IMG/VR virus record: IMGVR_UViG_3300042292_000556 | Location: 1 to 61,259 of that record | Origin: a virus | Lineage: Duplodnaviria > Caudoviricetes | Reading direction: 5' to 3' (one strand) | Length of the DNA stretch: 61,259 nucleotides | Shown: positions 1-7,000 of the stretch, in pieces | Numbering within the stretch: the stretch's first letter is position 1 | Layout: every line of letters begins with the position of its first letter | Made by a program: the position numbers and the translations under genes | Notes under the pieces: model-generated | The model's database searches: none | The model's input: the letters and a program-made list of their open reading frames with translations, nothing else | Told to the model about the DNA's origin: nothing

Positions 1-11
1 TGTGTATAGCA

Positions 12-53
12 TACAGAACGAACACGAGACCATTTTGATAATATATGTGTAAC
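12..53 (+). promoter_or_regulatory. Early phage promoter-like motif
   Basis: TACAGAACGAACACGA-N8-TGATAAT-N5-TGTAAC upstream of ORF at 68. Confidence 0.85.
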
Positions 54-67
54 GAAACAACAACAAT

Positions 68-241
68 ATGAGAACAATAGAAAAATTAGACAAAATAGCG
101 AATGAGTTATTTCAAGTAAATTATGTAAAACTAAGTAAAACTAATGAAATTGAGGTGTTTGCTCACTTTTTAGCGAAATACGCCGTCGAAGTTCAACCCA
201 AATCACGTAGTTATACAAGATATTTGGAAATCAAAGGCTAG
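68..241 (+). CDS. Small early hypothetical protein (57 aa, MRTIEKLDKIANELF...)
   Basis: Read manually; ATG 68 to TAG 241 directly after the promoter motif; below the ORF-track cutoff. Confidence 0.7.
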   Translation: MRTIEKLDKIANELFQVNYVKLSKTNEIEVFAHFLAKYAVEVQPKSRSYTRYLEIKG

Positions 242-321
242 TAAAATAAGTACTTGAGGAGCCTTGAGAGGAGTGATAATAACCGTTAACCCTTTTTTTC
301 TTATAAATAAAGTATAACCTT

Positions 322-363
322 TACAAAACGAATACGATTGGGTATTGATAATAATAATGTAAC
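322..363 (+). promoter_or_regulatory. Early phage promoter-like motif
   Basis: TACAAAACGAATACGA-N8-TGATAAT-N5-TGTAAC. Confidence 0.85.
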
Positions 364-377
364 TAAAAAATAATAAT

Positions 378-656
378 ATGAAAGTAGTAAAAAGTAGAAT
401 TGAGTATTTTAGTGTTGATTACGATAGAAGAGTATTAATCATTAAAGAGGGTAATGTAATTGTGGGTATTGATTTCATGCAAGGTGAAGAACCGCATGAC
501 TTTAGCGATAGTATTGGTACTCCGAGTATTTTAAAAGTTTACAATGCAACTAATGCCTATTTGTCCGGCGATACCGAAAATGAATGTGTTAACCAAGCAA
601 TATGTATATGGTTTGAATTAATAAATGATGGTTTCCGACGTATCGATAACGATTAA
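378..656 (+). CDS. Early hypothetical protein
   Basis: 92-aa ORF after promoter motif and A-rich leader. Confidence 0.8.
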   Translation: MKVVKSRIEYFSVDYDRRVLIIKEGNVIVGIDFMQGEEPHDFSDSIGTPSILKVYNATNAYLSGDTENECVNQAICIWFELINDGFRRIDND

Positions 657-661
657 TAAAT

Positions 662-1048
662 ATGTTGTCCGCTAAATTAACTAAAAAAAGTAATGATATG
701 AACGAGTATTTTATTAAAAGTTATCACGAAATATACGTTGATGACTACAATGAGGGTGAAGGTGAGATGATTAACTTCTATATGAATGAAGCGAAAGTGC
801 ATGCTAATGACCCAATTGATGCGATTAAGGAGTATTTTAATACACAATTTTACTATGATTTTGATGAATCGTTGGTATGTACCGATGCGGAAGACCCTAC
901 AAATGTGGTGTGGTATAATGTAATGGTTAATGAACTTATAGATGAAGCCACCCCATCTGAGGTTGAATTATGGAAAAATGGTAAACTTAAGTTATATAAC
1001 AATAGTATACGAATTGAGTTATATCAAGTAACACCGATTAACATATAA
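662..1048 (+). CDS. Early hypothetical acidic protein (start may be 698)
   Basis: ORF track; co-directional with the early cluster. Confidence 0.8.
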   Translation: MLSAKLTKKSNDMNEYFIKSYHEIYVDDYNEGEGEMINFYMNEAKVHANDPIDAIKEYFNTQFYYDFDESLVCTDAEDPTNVVWYNVMVNELIDEATPSEVELWKNGKLKLYNNSIRIELYQVTPINI

Positions 1049-1090
1049 TACAAAACAAATACGATTAATGAATGATAATAATAATGTAAC
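1049..1090 (+). promoter_or_regulatory. Early phage promoter-like motif
   Basis: TACAAAACAAATACGA-N8-TGATAAT-N5-TGTAAC, starting right after the upstream stop codon. Confidence 0.85.
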
Positions 1091-1105
1091 TAAATAATAT
1101 ATAAT

Positions 1106-1279
1106 ATGAAAGAATTTCAAGTAGAAGTGTGTGAAACACTTATTAGAATAGTAACGGTTGAAGCTCAAAGTGAAGAACAAGCACTTGAGTTTGTGAGATA
1201 CGATTATAACAATGCGGAATTAGTGTTGGATAGCGATGACTTTTTTGATGTGGACTTTAACTTAGTAAACCAAGATTAA
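1106..1279 (+). CDS. DpnD/PcfM-like small protein (57 aa)
   Basis: Manual translation MKEFQVEVCETLIRIVTVEAQSEEQALEFVRYDYNNAELVLDSDDF fits the DpnD-PcfM pattern (ETL.R.V.VEA.SEE.A...V...Y...ELVLD..DF). Confidence 0.7.
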   Translation: MKEFQVEVCETLIRIVTVEAQSEEQALEFVRYDYNNAELVLDSDDFFDVDFNLVNQD

Positions 1280-1280
1280 T

Positions 1281-1385
1281 ATGGAAGAATATAGCGATTG
1301 TTGTGGTGCACCAAGACATCACATATTTGATGAACTATGCGGTGATTGTTTAGAACACTGTTCATTTGACGAAGAAGAATATTAA
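1281..1385 (+). CDS. Small Cys-rich, probably Zn-binding protein (34 aa)
   Basis: MEEYSDCCGAPRHHIFDELCGDCLEHC...; SxCCGA...CxxCxEHC pattern. Confidence 0.65.
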   Translation: MEEYSDCCGAPRHHIFDELCGDCLEHCSFDEEEY

Positions 1386-1401
1386 CTAATAAAAAATAAA
1401 T

Positions 1402-1710
1402 ATGAGTAACAAAATAACAGAAGATTCGGTTGATGCATTCTTAGCACGTCGATCGTTTCGCAGAGAAAACATGGAAGTAATTGTAAAAGATAATGTATCA
1501 TACTTATACTTATTCGGTAATAGAATCGGTATCAATACAAACGGTATGGTATCTATATCAACTTGCGGTTGGGAAACACGTACAACACTAATGCGATTAA
1601 GAGAAGTGCTACGTAGAGTATCACCTAGCTCAAGACTATATACTAAGCGGTATGTATTATACCTTAATGACAAAGAATGGAATGGTAACTTTAAACTAAT
1701 CAACGACTAA
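1402..1710 (+). CDS. Early hypothetical protein
   Basis: 102-aa ORF with A-rich leader. Confidence 0.8.
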   Translation: MSNKITEDSVDAFLARRSFRRENMEVIVKDNVSYLYLFGNRIGINTNGMVSISTCGWETRTTLMRLREVLRRVSPSSRLYTKRYVLYLNDKEWNGNFKLIND

Positions 1711-1712
1711 TT

Positions 1713-1814
1713 ATGAAACTAAGAAAAAGATTTATCCGCAAAATACTATTAAGAATTGCATTTGAATTCCGTGAAGGTGCACGAAATGCATCATACATAA
1801 TCAATAACCCATAA
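1713..1814 (+). CDS. Small basic hypothetical protein (33 aa)
   Basis: Manual ORF MKLRKRFIRKILLRIAFEF... filling the gap between neighbours. Confidence 0.5.
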   Translation: MKLRKRFIRKILLRIAFEFREGARNASYIINNP

Positions 1815-1825
1815 AATATATAACT

Positions 1826-2089
1826 ATGACTAGAATTAACGAATTAACTAAAACAGATAGAATAGAATTCTTTAATGAAATTGTAAAACAACACAACCTC
1901 GACCATGCAATAAGTTGTGTTAGAGATAACAACCGATTATCCGAGTGTTGTGCATTCCATAAAACCGGTAACGAATCCTATTGGAGAGATTTATACGACA
2001 ATGGTTATCCTACAGTTGAAATGACAATAACTGAAATTGAGAAAAAGCTAGGTCTAATGCGTAACACATTGAGAATAATCATTAACTAA
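1826..2089 (+). CDS. Early hypothetical protein
   Basis: 87-aa ORF. Confidence 0.75.
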   Translation: MTRINELTKTDRIEFFNEIVKQHNLDHAISCVRDNNRLSECCAFHKTGNESYWRDLYDNGYPTVEMTITEIEKKLGLMRNTLRIIIN

Positions 2090-2131
2090 TACAGAACAAA
2101 TACGAATCTATATTGATAATATAAATGTAAC
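2090..2131 (+). promoter_or_regulatory. Early phage promoter-like motif
   Basis: TACAGAACAAATACGA-N8-TGATAAT-N5-TGTAAC directly after a stop codon. Confidence 0.85.
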
Positions 2132-2147
2132 TAATAAATAATATACT

Positions 2148-2324
2148 ATGAATAAAATTAAATTTTTACCGGCAAACAGATTACTACTAAACAAAGTACC
2201 ATACAAAGGCTACACTGTTGGTAACTTGCCACCATCATTCGCATTCATATACGATGCTGATAATGAAACTGAGGGTATAACGTCTTTCTTTAATCACAAA
2301 GGTTTAACTTATATACGAGAATAA
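2148..2324 (+). CDS. Small early hypothetical protein (58 aa)
   Basis: Manual ORF MNKIKFLPANRLLLNKVPY... after promoter. Confidence 0.7.
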   Translation: MNKIKFLPANRLLLNKVPYKGYTVGNLPPSFAFIYDADNETEGITSFFNHKGLTYIRE

Positions 2325-2325
2325 T

Positions 2326-2547
2326 ATGACAATGAAAGAACTAATCGCCTATAGCGAAAACAAACGTAAGCAAAAATGTTTGCAGCACCACAAAGCTGTG
2401 GTTGCTATACACGGTAACTGTAAGCCGTTCACTCAAAAGCAGTATAACCAAGTAACTACAAAACAAAAAGCTAGTTTCACTAAAGGTAAAAGCTTCGCAT
2501 TCAAGGGCTTATGGAATCATAATAATATTAATTTAAAACCAGTATAA
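2326..2547 (+). CDS. Early hypothetical basic protein
   Basis: 73-aa ORF, tightly packed. Confidence 0.7.
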   Translation: MTMKELIAYSENKRKQKCLQHHKAVVAIHGNCKPFTQKQYNQVTTKQKASFTKGKSFAFKGLWNHNNINLKPV

Positions 2548-2548
2548 T

Positions 2549-2761
2549 ATGCAAGTAGTAAAAAGTAAAGACGTAATTGTGGGTCAATCATATTATTTAG
2601 ACCCTACTATGACCACTTATGGCAAGGTAGTAAGCAATGAAAACGGTAGTGTATACTTTGAATTAGAATCAAAAAACGACGGTTATTATATAGCTGAAGA
2701 CAATAATACAGTAGGCTTCCATGTAAGTCCTTATATTGAATTTATATTTAAAAACAACTAA
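2549..2761 (+). CDS. Early hypothetical protein
   Basis: 70-aa ORF, tightly packed. Confidence 0.7.
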   Translation: MQVVKSKDVIVGQSYYLDPTMTTYGKVVSNENGSVYFELESKNDGYYIAEDNNTVGFHVSPYIEFIFKNN

Positions 2762-2763
2762 TT

Positions 2764-2913
2764 ATGAGTAACAGAGATAAAGCAATGCTTGAGTGTGACA
2801 AATTTCACTTATGGCTACGAGATAAAGTACAAAATGTACATTACGCTAACAACGAAAAAATGGCTGAAGCGTATGCTAGAGTTTATAAGAGCGCGATGAC
2901 AAATACAGTCTAA
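2764..2913 (+). CDS. Small early hypothetical protein (49 aa)
   Basis: Manual ORF MSNRDKAMLECDKFHLWLR... Confidence 0.6.
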   Translation: MSNRDKAMLECDKFHLWLRDKVQNVHYANNEKMAEAYARVYKSAMTNTV

Positions 2914-2934
2914 ACACGAATAACAATTGATAAT
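2904..2934 (+). promoter_or_regulatory. Early phage promoter-like motif (variant)
   Basis: TACAGTCTAAACACGA-N8-TGATAAT. Confidence 0.75.
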
Positions 2935-2942
2935 AATAATAT

Positions 2943-3146
2943 ATGACAACGATACAAAGCAAACTAAGAGACAAAGCATTCTCAAAGATGAGTAATCTTA
3001 CAGTAGAAGTAAGAGATATAGAAAACGATATAAAATATGGTTTATCTATATTAGATGAAGATCAACTACAAAACATGGTAAGAAAAACAAAAGAAGATTT
3101 ACAGTTATGGAGTTACATAGCTGAACTAGTAGAAAAAGATATTTAA
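2943..3146 (+). CDS. Early hypothetical coiled-coil protein
   Basis: 67-aa ORF after promoter. Confidence 0.75.
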   Translation: MTTIQSKLRDKAFSKMSNLTVEVRDIENDIKYGLSILDEDQLQNMVRKTKEDLQLWSYIAELVEKDI

Positions 3147-3168
3147 TAACAAACTAAAAAAAAAAATT

Positions 3169-3531
3169 ATGGAATCAGTAAACAGAACATTTGAATTATT
3201 TAAAGAATCAATTGAGTTATCACCCTCAAGTATATTCTCTAACGATGATGTAAAAAAACTTATCGAGCGAGTTAAACAAGATGTATTAAAATTAATTGAA
3301 GAAGAAAAACCAGCGGAAGCACCAGAATTAACAGCATTCAAGCTAGATGTATTACGAGCATTCAGAGATGAACTAGACGACAACCGTTATGGCGAATATG
3401 TTGATCTAGATTCAGCGGAATTTCAAATAAGCTACGACAATAGAGTTGAATTATCAAACATTGATATAAATGTAGATGAATTAGAAAATGCTTTAGAGCG
3501 AGCATTTGGAAGAGCAAACGCAGGTAACTAA
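3169..3531 (+). CDS. Early hypothetical acidic protein
   Basis: 120-aa ORF; SPSSIFSNDDV and VDLDSAEF..SYDNRVEL segments resemble Bacteroidota phage proteins. Confidence 0.8.
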   Translation: MESVNRTFELFKESIELSPSSIFSNDDVKKLIERVKQDVLKLIEEEKPAEAPELTAFKLDVLRAFRDELDDNRYGEYVDLDSAEFQISYDNRVELSNIDINVDELENALERAFGRANAGN

Positions 3532-3545
3532 TAAATATATATACT

Positions 3546-3992
3546 ATGAACTTAAGAAACTTATTAAAAGAAATCAATGATAACGGTGGTGTATCATACA
3601 ATATTACAACAGGTGATTATAATCCTACTGATGGTTATATGGTATCATTACCCGGTTATGAAGCTACATTCACAAAAGAATATCTTAGTGAACAATTAAT
3701 AAAAGATTATATTCTTAAGAACATAGAACTTTTAGCAAGCAGCAATGATTATTATCTTGGTGGCTGGACTGAAAATGATTTAGTATATTTAGATATATCT
3801 GTAAAAGTTGAGAGCTTATTTAAAGCATGTTATTCAGGTATTGCTAACGATCAAAAAGCAATCTATGATAATGCAAATGCGGTTGCTATACACCTGCCTT
3901 CTCCTCAAAAGTCTGGCACGTTTACACAACAAGCAACATATAATAAACAAGCAGCAGATCGCGTTGTTGAAGGATATTTAGCAACGGCATAA
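3546..3992 (+). CDS. Early hypothetical protein
   Basis: 148-aa ORF (GG.SY...GYMVS...YLGGW...VYLDIS...QKAIYD). Confidence 0.8.
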   Translation: MNLRNLLKEINDNGGVSYNITTGDYNPTDGYMVSLPGYEATFTKEYLSEQLIKDYILKNIELLASSNDYYLGGWTENDLVYLDISVKVESLFKACYSGIANDQKAIYDNANAVAIHLPSPQKSGTFTQQATYNKQAADRVVEGYLATA

Positions 3993-3995
3993 TAT

Positions 3996-4176
3996 ACACG
4001 GTTGTCCTGCTGATCCGCGCGGTAAAGTAGTGTAGAGGCCGTGTTATCGTGGGAAACAGCACGTAATGCTGAATGAATGTTGGCCGTACTGGCGTTACGT
4101 GAAGATTACCAAGCTTGATCAGCTGGTTGTAACGGAATGGGGAATAAAGAAAATAACTGGTTCCCTGGTCATCAAA
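3996..4176 (+). ncRNA. Putative structured non-coding RNA
   Basis: GC-rich intergenic island with stems ACACGGTT/GGCCGTGT (3996-4044), CACGTAATGCT/GGCGTTACGTG (4060-4101), ACC-A-AGCT/AGCT-GGT and GGGAA/TTCCC, with many G-U pairs on the + strand. Confidence 0.55.
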
Positions 4177-4273
4177 GAACTAAGTGCTGGGCTAAATGTA
4201 TACTGTCCATTTGACGAAATACCGGCAAGTCACGACCGACGGGTTTTGGGGTTCGATTCCCCTTTTAGTTCCA
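4177..4273 (+). ncRNA. tRNA-like RNA with non-canonical anticodon arm
   Basis: Acceptor-like GAACTAAG/TTTAGTTC, T-arm GGGG-TTCGATT-CCCC, D-like TGGGC/GTCCA stem, variable-arm hairpin; no canonical 7-nt anticodon loop. Confidence 0.6.
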
Positions 4274-4284
4274 AATTAATAACA

Positions 4285-4326
4285 TACAAAACAAATACGA
4301 ATATTAATTGATAATAATAATGTAAC
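4285..4326 (+). promoter_or_regulatory. Early phage promoter-like motif
   Basis: TACAAAACAAATACGA-N8-TGATAAT-N5-TGTAAC. Confidence 0.85.
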
Positions 4327-4341
4327 TAAAACAAATTAACT

Positions 4342-4782
4342 ATGAATATATTTTATTTAGACAGAGATCCTGTAAAAGCAGCAGAACAACATTATAATAA
4401 GCATGTTGTTAAAATGGTATTAGAAGCAGCACAATTACTTTGTACAGCGCATCATTTATCCGGTAATCCAGAGGATGTACCATATAAGAAAACACACATG
4501 AATCATCCATCAGCAGTATGGGTACGATCATCACGAGCTAATTACTTATGGTGTTATGAATATATGTTAGCGTTAGGTGCAGAATATACACGTCGTTATA
4601 ACAAACATCATTTAACTATTGCAAAGTGTCGCGGTGTATTATCTAAAGTACCTCATGCTATACATGCTGAAGATTTTTGCGATCCACCACAATGTATGCC
4701 AGACGAATACAAAATGGCCGATGCAGTTGACGGTTATAAAAAATATTACGAAATTGGTAAAGCTCACTTAAAAGATAAATAA
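4342..4782 (+). CDS. Pyrimidine-dimer DNA glycosylase-family protein (T4 DenV-like)
   Basis: MNIFYLD.DP..AA...KHVVKM.LE.AQLL.TAH, HMNHPSAVW.R and PPQCMPD motifs. Confidence 0.75.
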   Translation: MNIFYLDRDPVKAAEQHYNKHVVKMVLEAAQLLCTAHHLSGNPEDVPYKKTHMNHPSAVWVRSSRANYLWCYEYMLALGAEYTRRYNKHHLTIAKCRGVLSKVPHAIHAEDFCDPPQCMPDEYKMADAVDGYKKYYEIGKAHLKDK

Positions 4783-4783
4783 C

Positions 4784-4987
4784 ATGGTACCAACAGCAGT
4801 GGAATTTTTAGAAAAAAAAATAAAAAAATACCCTACATTATATTTTTTAATGTGTCTTTGGTTTGATGAAGCTAAAGAAATAGAAAAGCAACAGGTTATT
4901 GATGCTTATGAAACTGCTTATATGGATGGGTATTACGACATTGGTAAGTCAGGCACACAATATTATAACGAAAAATTTAATAAATAA
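4784..4987 (+). CDS. Hypothetical protein (TAVE...AKEIEKQQ.IDAY...YYNEKF type)
   Basis: 67-aa ORF. Confidence 0.75.
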   Translation: MVPTAVEFLEKKIKKYPTLYFLMCLWFDEAKEIEKQQVIDAYETAYMDGYYDIGKSGTQYYNEKFNK

Positions 4988-4990
4988 ATT

Positions 4991-5230
4991 ATGAAAAAAG
5001 TAGTAACAATAAATTATATGGATATTGAACTTGTTGTAACAGGTTATTATGAAGAAGGTACAGATTCTGTACAATATGATTCAGATCTAAGCGGTTATCC
5101 TGGCGATGATGCAATATTCGAAGCAGACGAAGTATATGTAAGCGATTCTAATATAAACATTATAGAATTGTTAAACAACGGACAATTACAAGAAATTGAA
5201 GATATAGTATTAATTAAATTAACAGAATAA
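4991..5230 (+). CDS. Hypothetical acidic protein
   Basis: 79-aa ORF. Confidence 0.75.
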   Translation: MKKVVTINYMDIELVVTGYYEEGTDSVQYDSDLSGYPGDDAIFEADEVYVSDSNINIIELLNNGQLQEIEDIVLIKLTE

Positions 5231-5232
5231 CT

Positions 5233-5436
5233 ATGAAAAGAACTAAAGATTTAATAGATCAAATGATGGAATACGAATCAGGATTATTAAGTGATCCTGA
5301 AACATTGGAGATGTTTTCAACAATTGTAAAAGAAAAAATGCAATATAGTTTGCAAGGACATTATGGCAGGACTGTTACTAGTCTTATAATAGATGGTTGG
5401 TTAGATAGACACGGCCAAATTTTAAAAGAAATTTAA
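5233..5436 (+). CDS. Hypothetical protein (YESG.L...LQGHYGR)
   Basis: 67-aa ORF. Confidence 0.75.
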   Translation: MKRTKDLIDQMMEYESGLLSDPETLEMFSTIVKEKMQYSLQGHYGRTVTSLIIDGWLDRHGQILKEI

Positions 5437-5449
5437 AAACAAATAAGAT

Positions 5450-5710
5450 ATGAAACAAGAAACACTTGAAGAAGTTAGGGAAGTAAAAAGAACTGAATTG
5501 TTTGATTCTATTTACTCAGTTGTAAAAAAAATCCCAATAGAAGATGTTGATGGAGATGCAATGGATGCTCCTAGTTGTGCTTATGAAATAGAACAGTTAT
5601 TTTATAAATGGCAACAAGAACAAGAAAAGAAATGTTATCATCCATTGCCTTATAGATTAACTAAATCAGATGTTAATTATGAATGTACTTTGTGTGGTAA
5701 ATTTATTTAA
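5450..5710 (+). CDS. Hypothetical protein, MKQETLEE N-terminus and C-terminal CxH/CxxC Zn finger
   Basis: 86-aa ORF. Confidence 0.75.
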   Translation: MKQETLEEVREVKRTELFDSIYSVVKKIPIEDVDGDAMDAPSCAYEIEQLFYKWQQEQEKKCYHPLPYRLTKSDVNYECTLCGKFI

Positions 5711-5734
5711 AACAATTTAAAAACAAATAAGATT

Positions 5735-5833
5735 ATGTGGAAAATAGCAACAATAATATTAGCTTCTTTTATGATTGGATTTATTTTAGGAGCAGTAAGA
5801 GAAAGAATATATAATCAATTTAAAAATAAATAA
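5735..5833 (+). CDS. Small membrane peptide (32 aa)
   Basis: Manual ORF MWKIATIILASFMIGFILGAVRERIYNQFKNK. Confidence 0.55.
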   Translation: MWKIATIILASFMIGFILGAVRERIYNQFKNK

Positions 5834-5836
5834 GAT

Positions 5837-6034
5837 ATGAAACAATTCCTAATATTCACAATAACATGGATAGCTAATAATCTATCAATACCATTCTGGA
5901 TGGTTGGTCACGTACATTTAACTGTTAATGTATATGAAGACATACACGAAATAATAGCTTCATTGGGAATGAATATAATTGTTGCTATAGGATTTATAAT
6001 TGAATACAAAACAAACACGAACCAAAAACGATAA
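5837..6034 (+). CDS. Small membrane protein
   Basis: 65 aa, two hydrophobic stretches. Confidence 0.7.
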   Translation: MKQFLIFTITWIANNLSIPFWMVGHVHLTVNVYEDIHEIIASLGMNIIVAIGFIIEYKTNTNQKR

Positions 6035-6035
6035 T
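6005..6035 (+). promoter_or_regulatory. Early phage promoter-like motif (last copy; could drive the HTH and sigma genes)
   Basis: TACAAAACAAACACGA-N8-CGATAAT. Confidence 0.7.
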
Positions 6036-6039
6036 ATAT

Positions 6040-6306
6040 ATGAAATTAAACGTAAGACTATCACAAGAAGATATTAATAAAATAGCTGATACAGTTGTAG
6101 AAAAAATACTAAGGAAACAATTAGAATATGATTATGCTTATGATCAATCATATCAACAGAATTTAACTTATGATATGGTATTACAACAAATGGTTGGATT
6201 ACAATTATTATTATCAGAGTATGTAACAACTGAAGATTATGAGAAAGCAGAGCTTACTAAAATGAAAATAAAACAACTTAAGTTAATATTAGATAAATTA
6301 AAATGA
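6040..6306 (+). CDS. Hypothetical protein with UvrB/UvrC-like C-terminal motif
   Basis: EDYEKAELTKMKIK resembles the UVR coiled-coil motif. Confidence 0.7.
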   Translation: MKLNVRLSQEDINKIADTVVEKILRKQLEYDYAYDQSYQQNLTYDMVLQQMVGLQLLLSEYVTTEDYEKAELTKMKIKQLKLILDKLK

Positions 6307-6311
6307 TAATT

Positions 6312-6366
6312 AAAATGCGACGATAGGTTGTTAATTAGTTATAGTAGCAGGCTAATGTCACACTTT
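6312..6366. promoter_or_regulatory. Bipartite inverted-repeat element, copy A
   Basis: AAAATGCGACGATAG-N25-CTAATGTCACACTTT; related copies at 58855 and 60882. Confidence 0.7.
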
Positions 6367-6379
6367 TAAATTTAATATA

Positions 6380-7000
6380 ATGCATGATGAAAGAAATATA
6401 GAGTACTTAAATAAACGAAGAATATTATATAGACAAGATCCTGTTAATGATAAGTGTTCAGCAGAGTATGATTGGGGTTATTACTTTGAAAATGGAACTC
6501 GCGAATGCTATACATTATTTAACTCACGAGCTCAAATCAACACATATAAATCATTAAAATGGCATTTGTATGTATTATGGTATCTTAATCATTCAATGAG
6601 TCAGGATCAGTTTGAAACGCTTGCAAAATATATATGTACAAGATCTAATGGGTTTGTTACTTTTAATATATCAGAACATGCTTTAGAAAATATATTATAT
6701 GATGTTAGCATGGTTGATTTAGAAAAACCACCACCAAACAAATTGCGTAAGATTATATTTAAAGACAATACAGGTTTAACAACATCTGAAAAACTATCTA
6801 TTGTAGGACATATAATTGGTAAAAGTAAAAAAGTAACTGAATCTGATATATATGAAGCAATGATTTACATGCATGATCTATCACAGAAAATAACAATAAA
6901 GAATATTGCAGAGCATTTTAAATGTTCAACAAGAACAATACATCGCAATATGAGTAATGAACTTAAAAAAGAAAAAGAATTATTAAATAAACAATTATGA
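6380..7000 (+). CDS. DNA-binding protein with C-terminal HTH (possible replication initiator or regulator)
   Basis: KITIKNIAEHFKCSTRTIHRNM helix-turn-helix; gene starts 13 nt after element A. Confidence 0.7.
   Translation: MHDERNIEYLNKRRILYRQDPVNDKCSAEYDWGYYFENGTRECYTLFNSRAQINTYKSLKWHLYVLWYLNHSMSQDQFETLAKYICTRSNGFVTFNISEHALENILYDVSMVDLEKPPPNKLRKIIFKDNTGLTTSEKLSIVGHIIGKSKKVTESDIYEAMIYMHDLSQKITIKNIAEHFKCSTRTIHRNMSNELKKEKELLNKQL

Larger units (their letters stand above)
1..276. repeat. Terminal direct repeat, left copy (276 bp)
   Basis: Matches 60984-61259 except at positions 128 (A/G), 150 (T/C) and 181 (C/T). Confidence 0.97.

Noticed and set aside
4177-4273. Canonical tRNA or tmRNA call
   Set aside because: No proper anticodon loop, no alanine G3-U70 acceptor and no tag reading frame
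4066-4311. 81-aa ORF from the track
   Set aside because: It overlaps the structured RNA, tRNA-like element and a promoter, has atypical composition and lacks an A-rich leader
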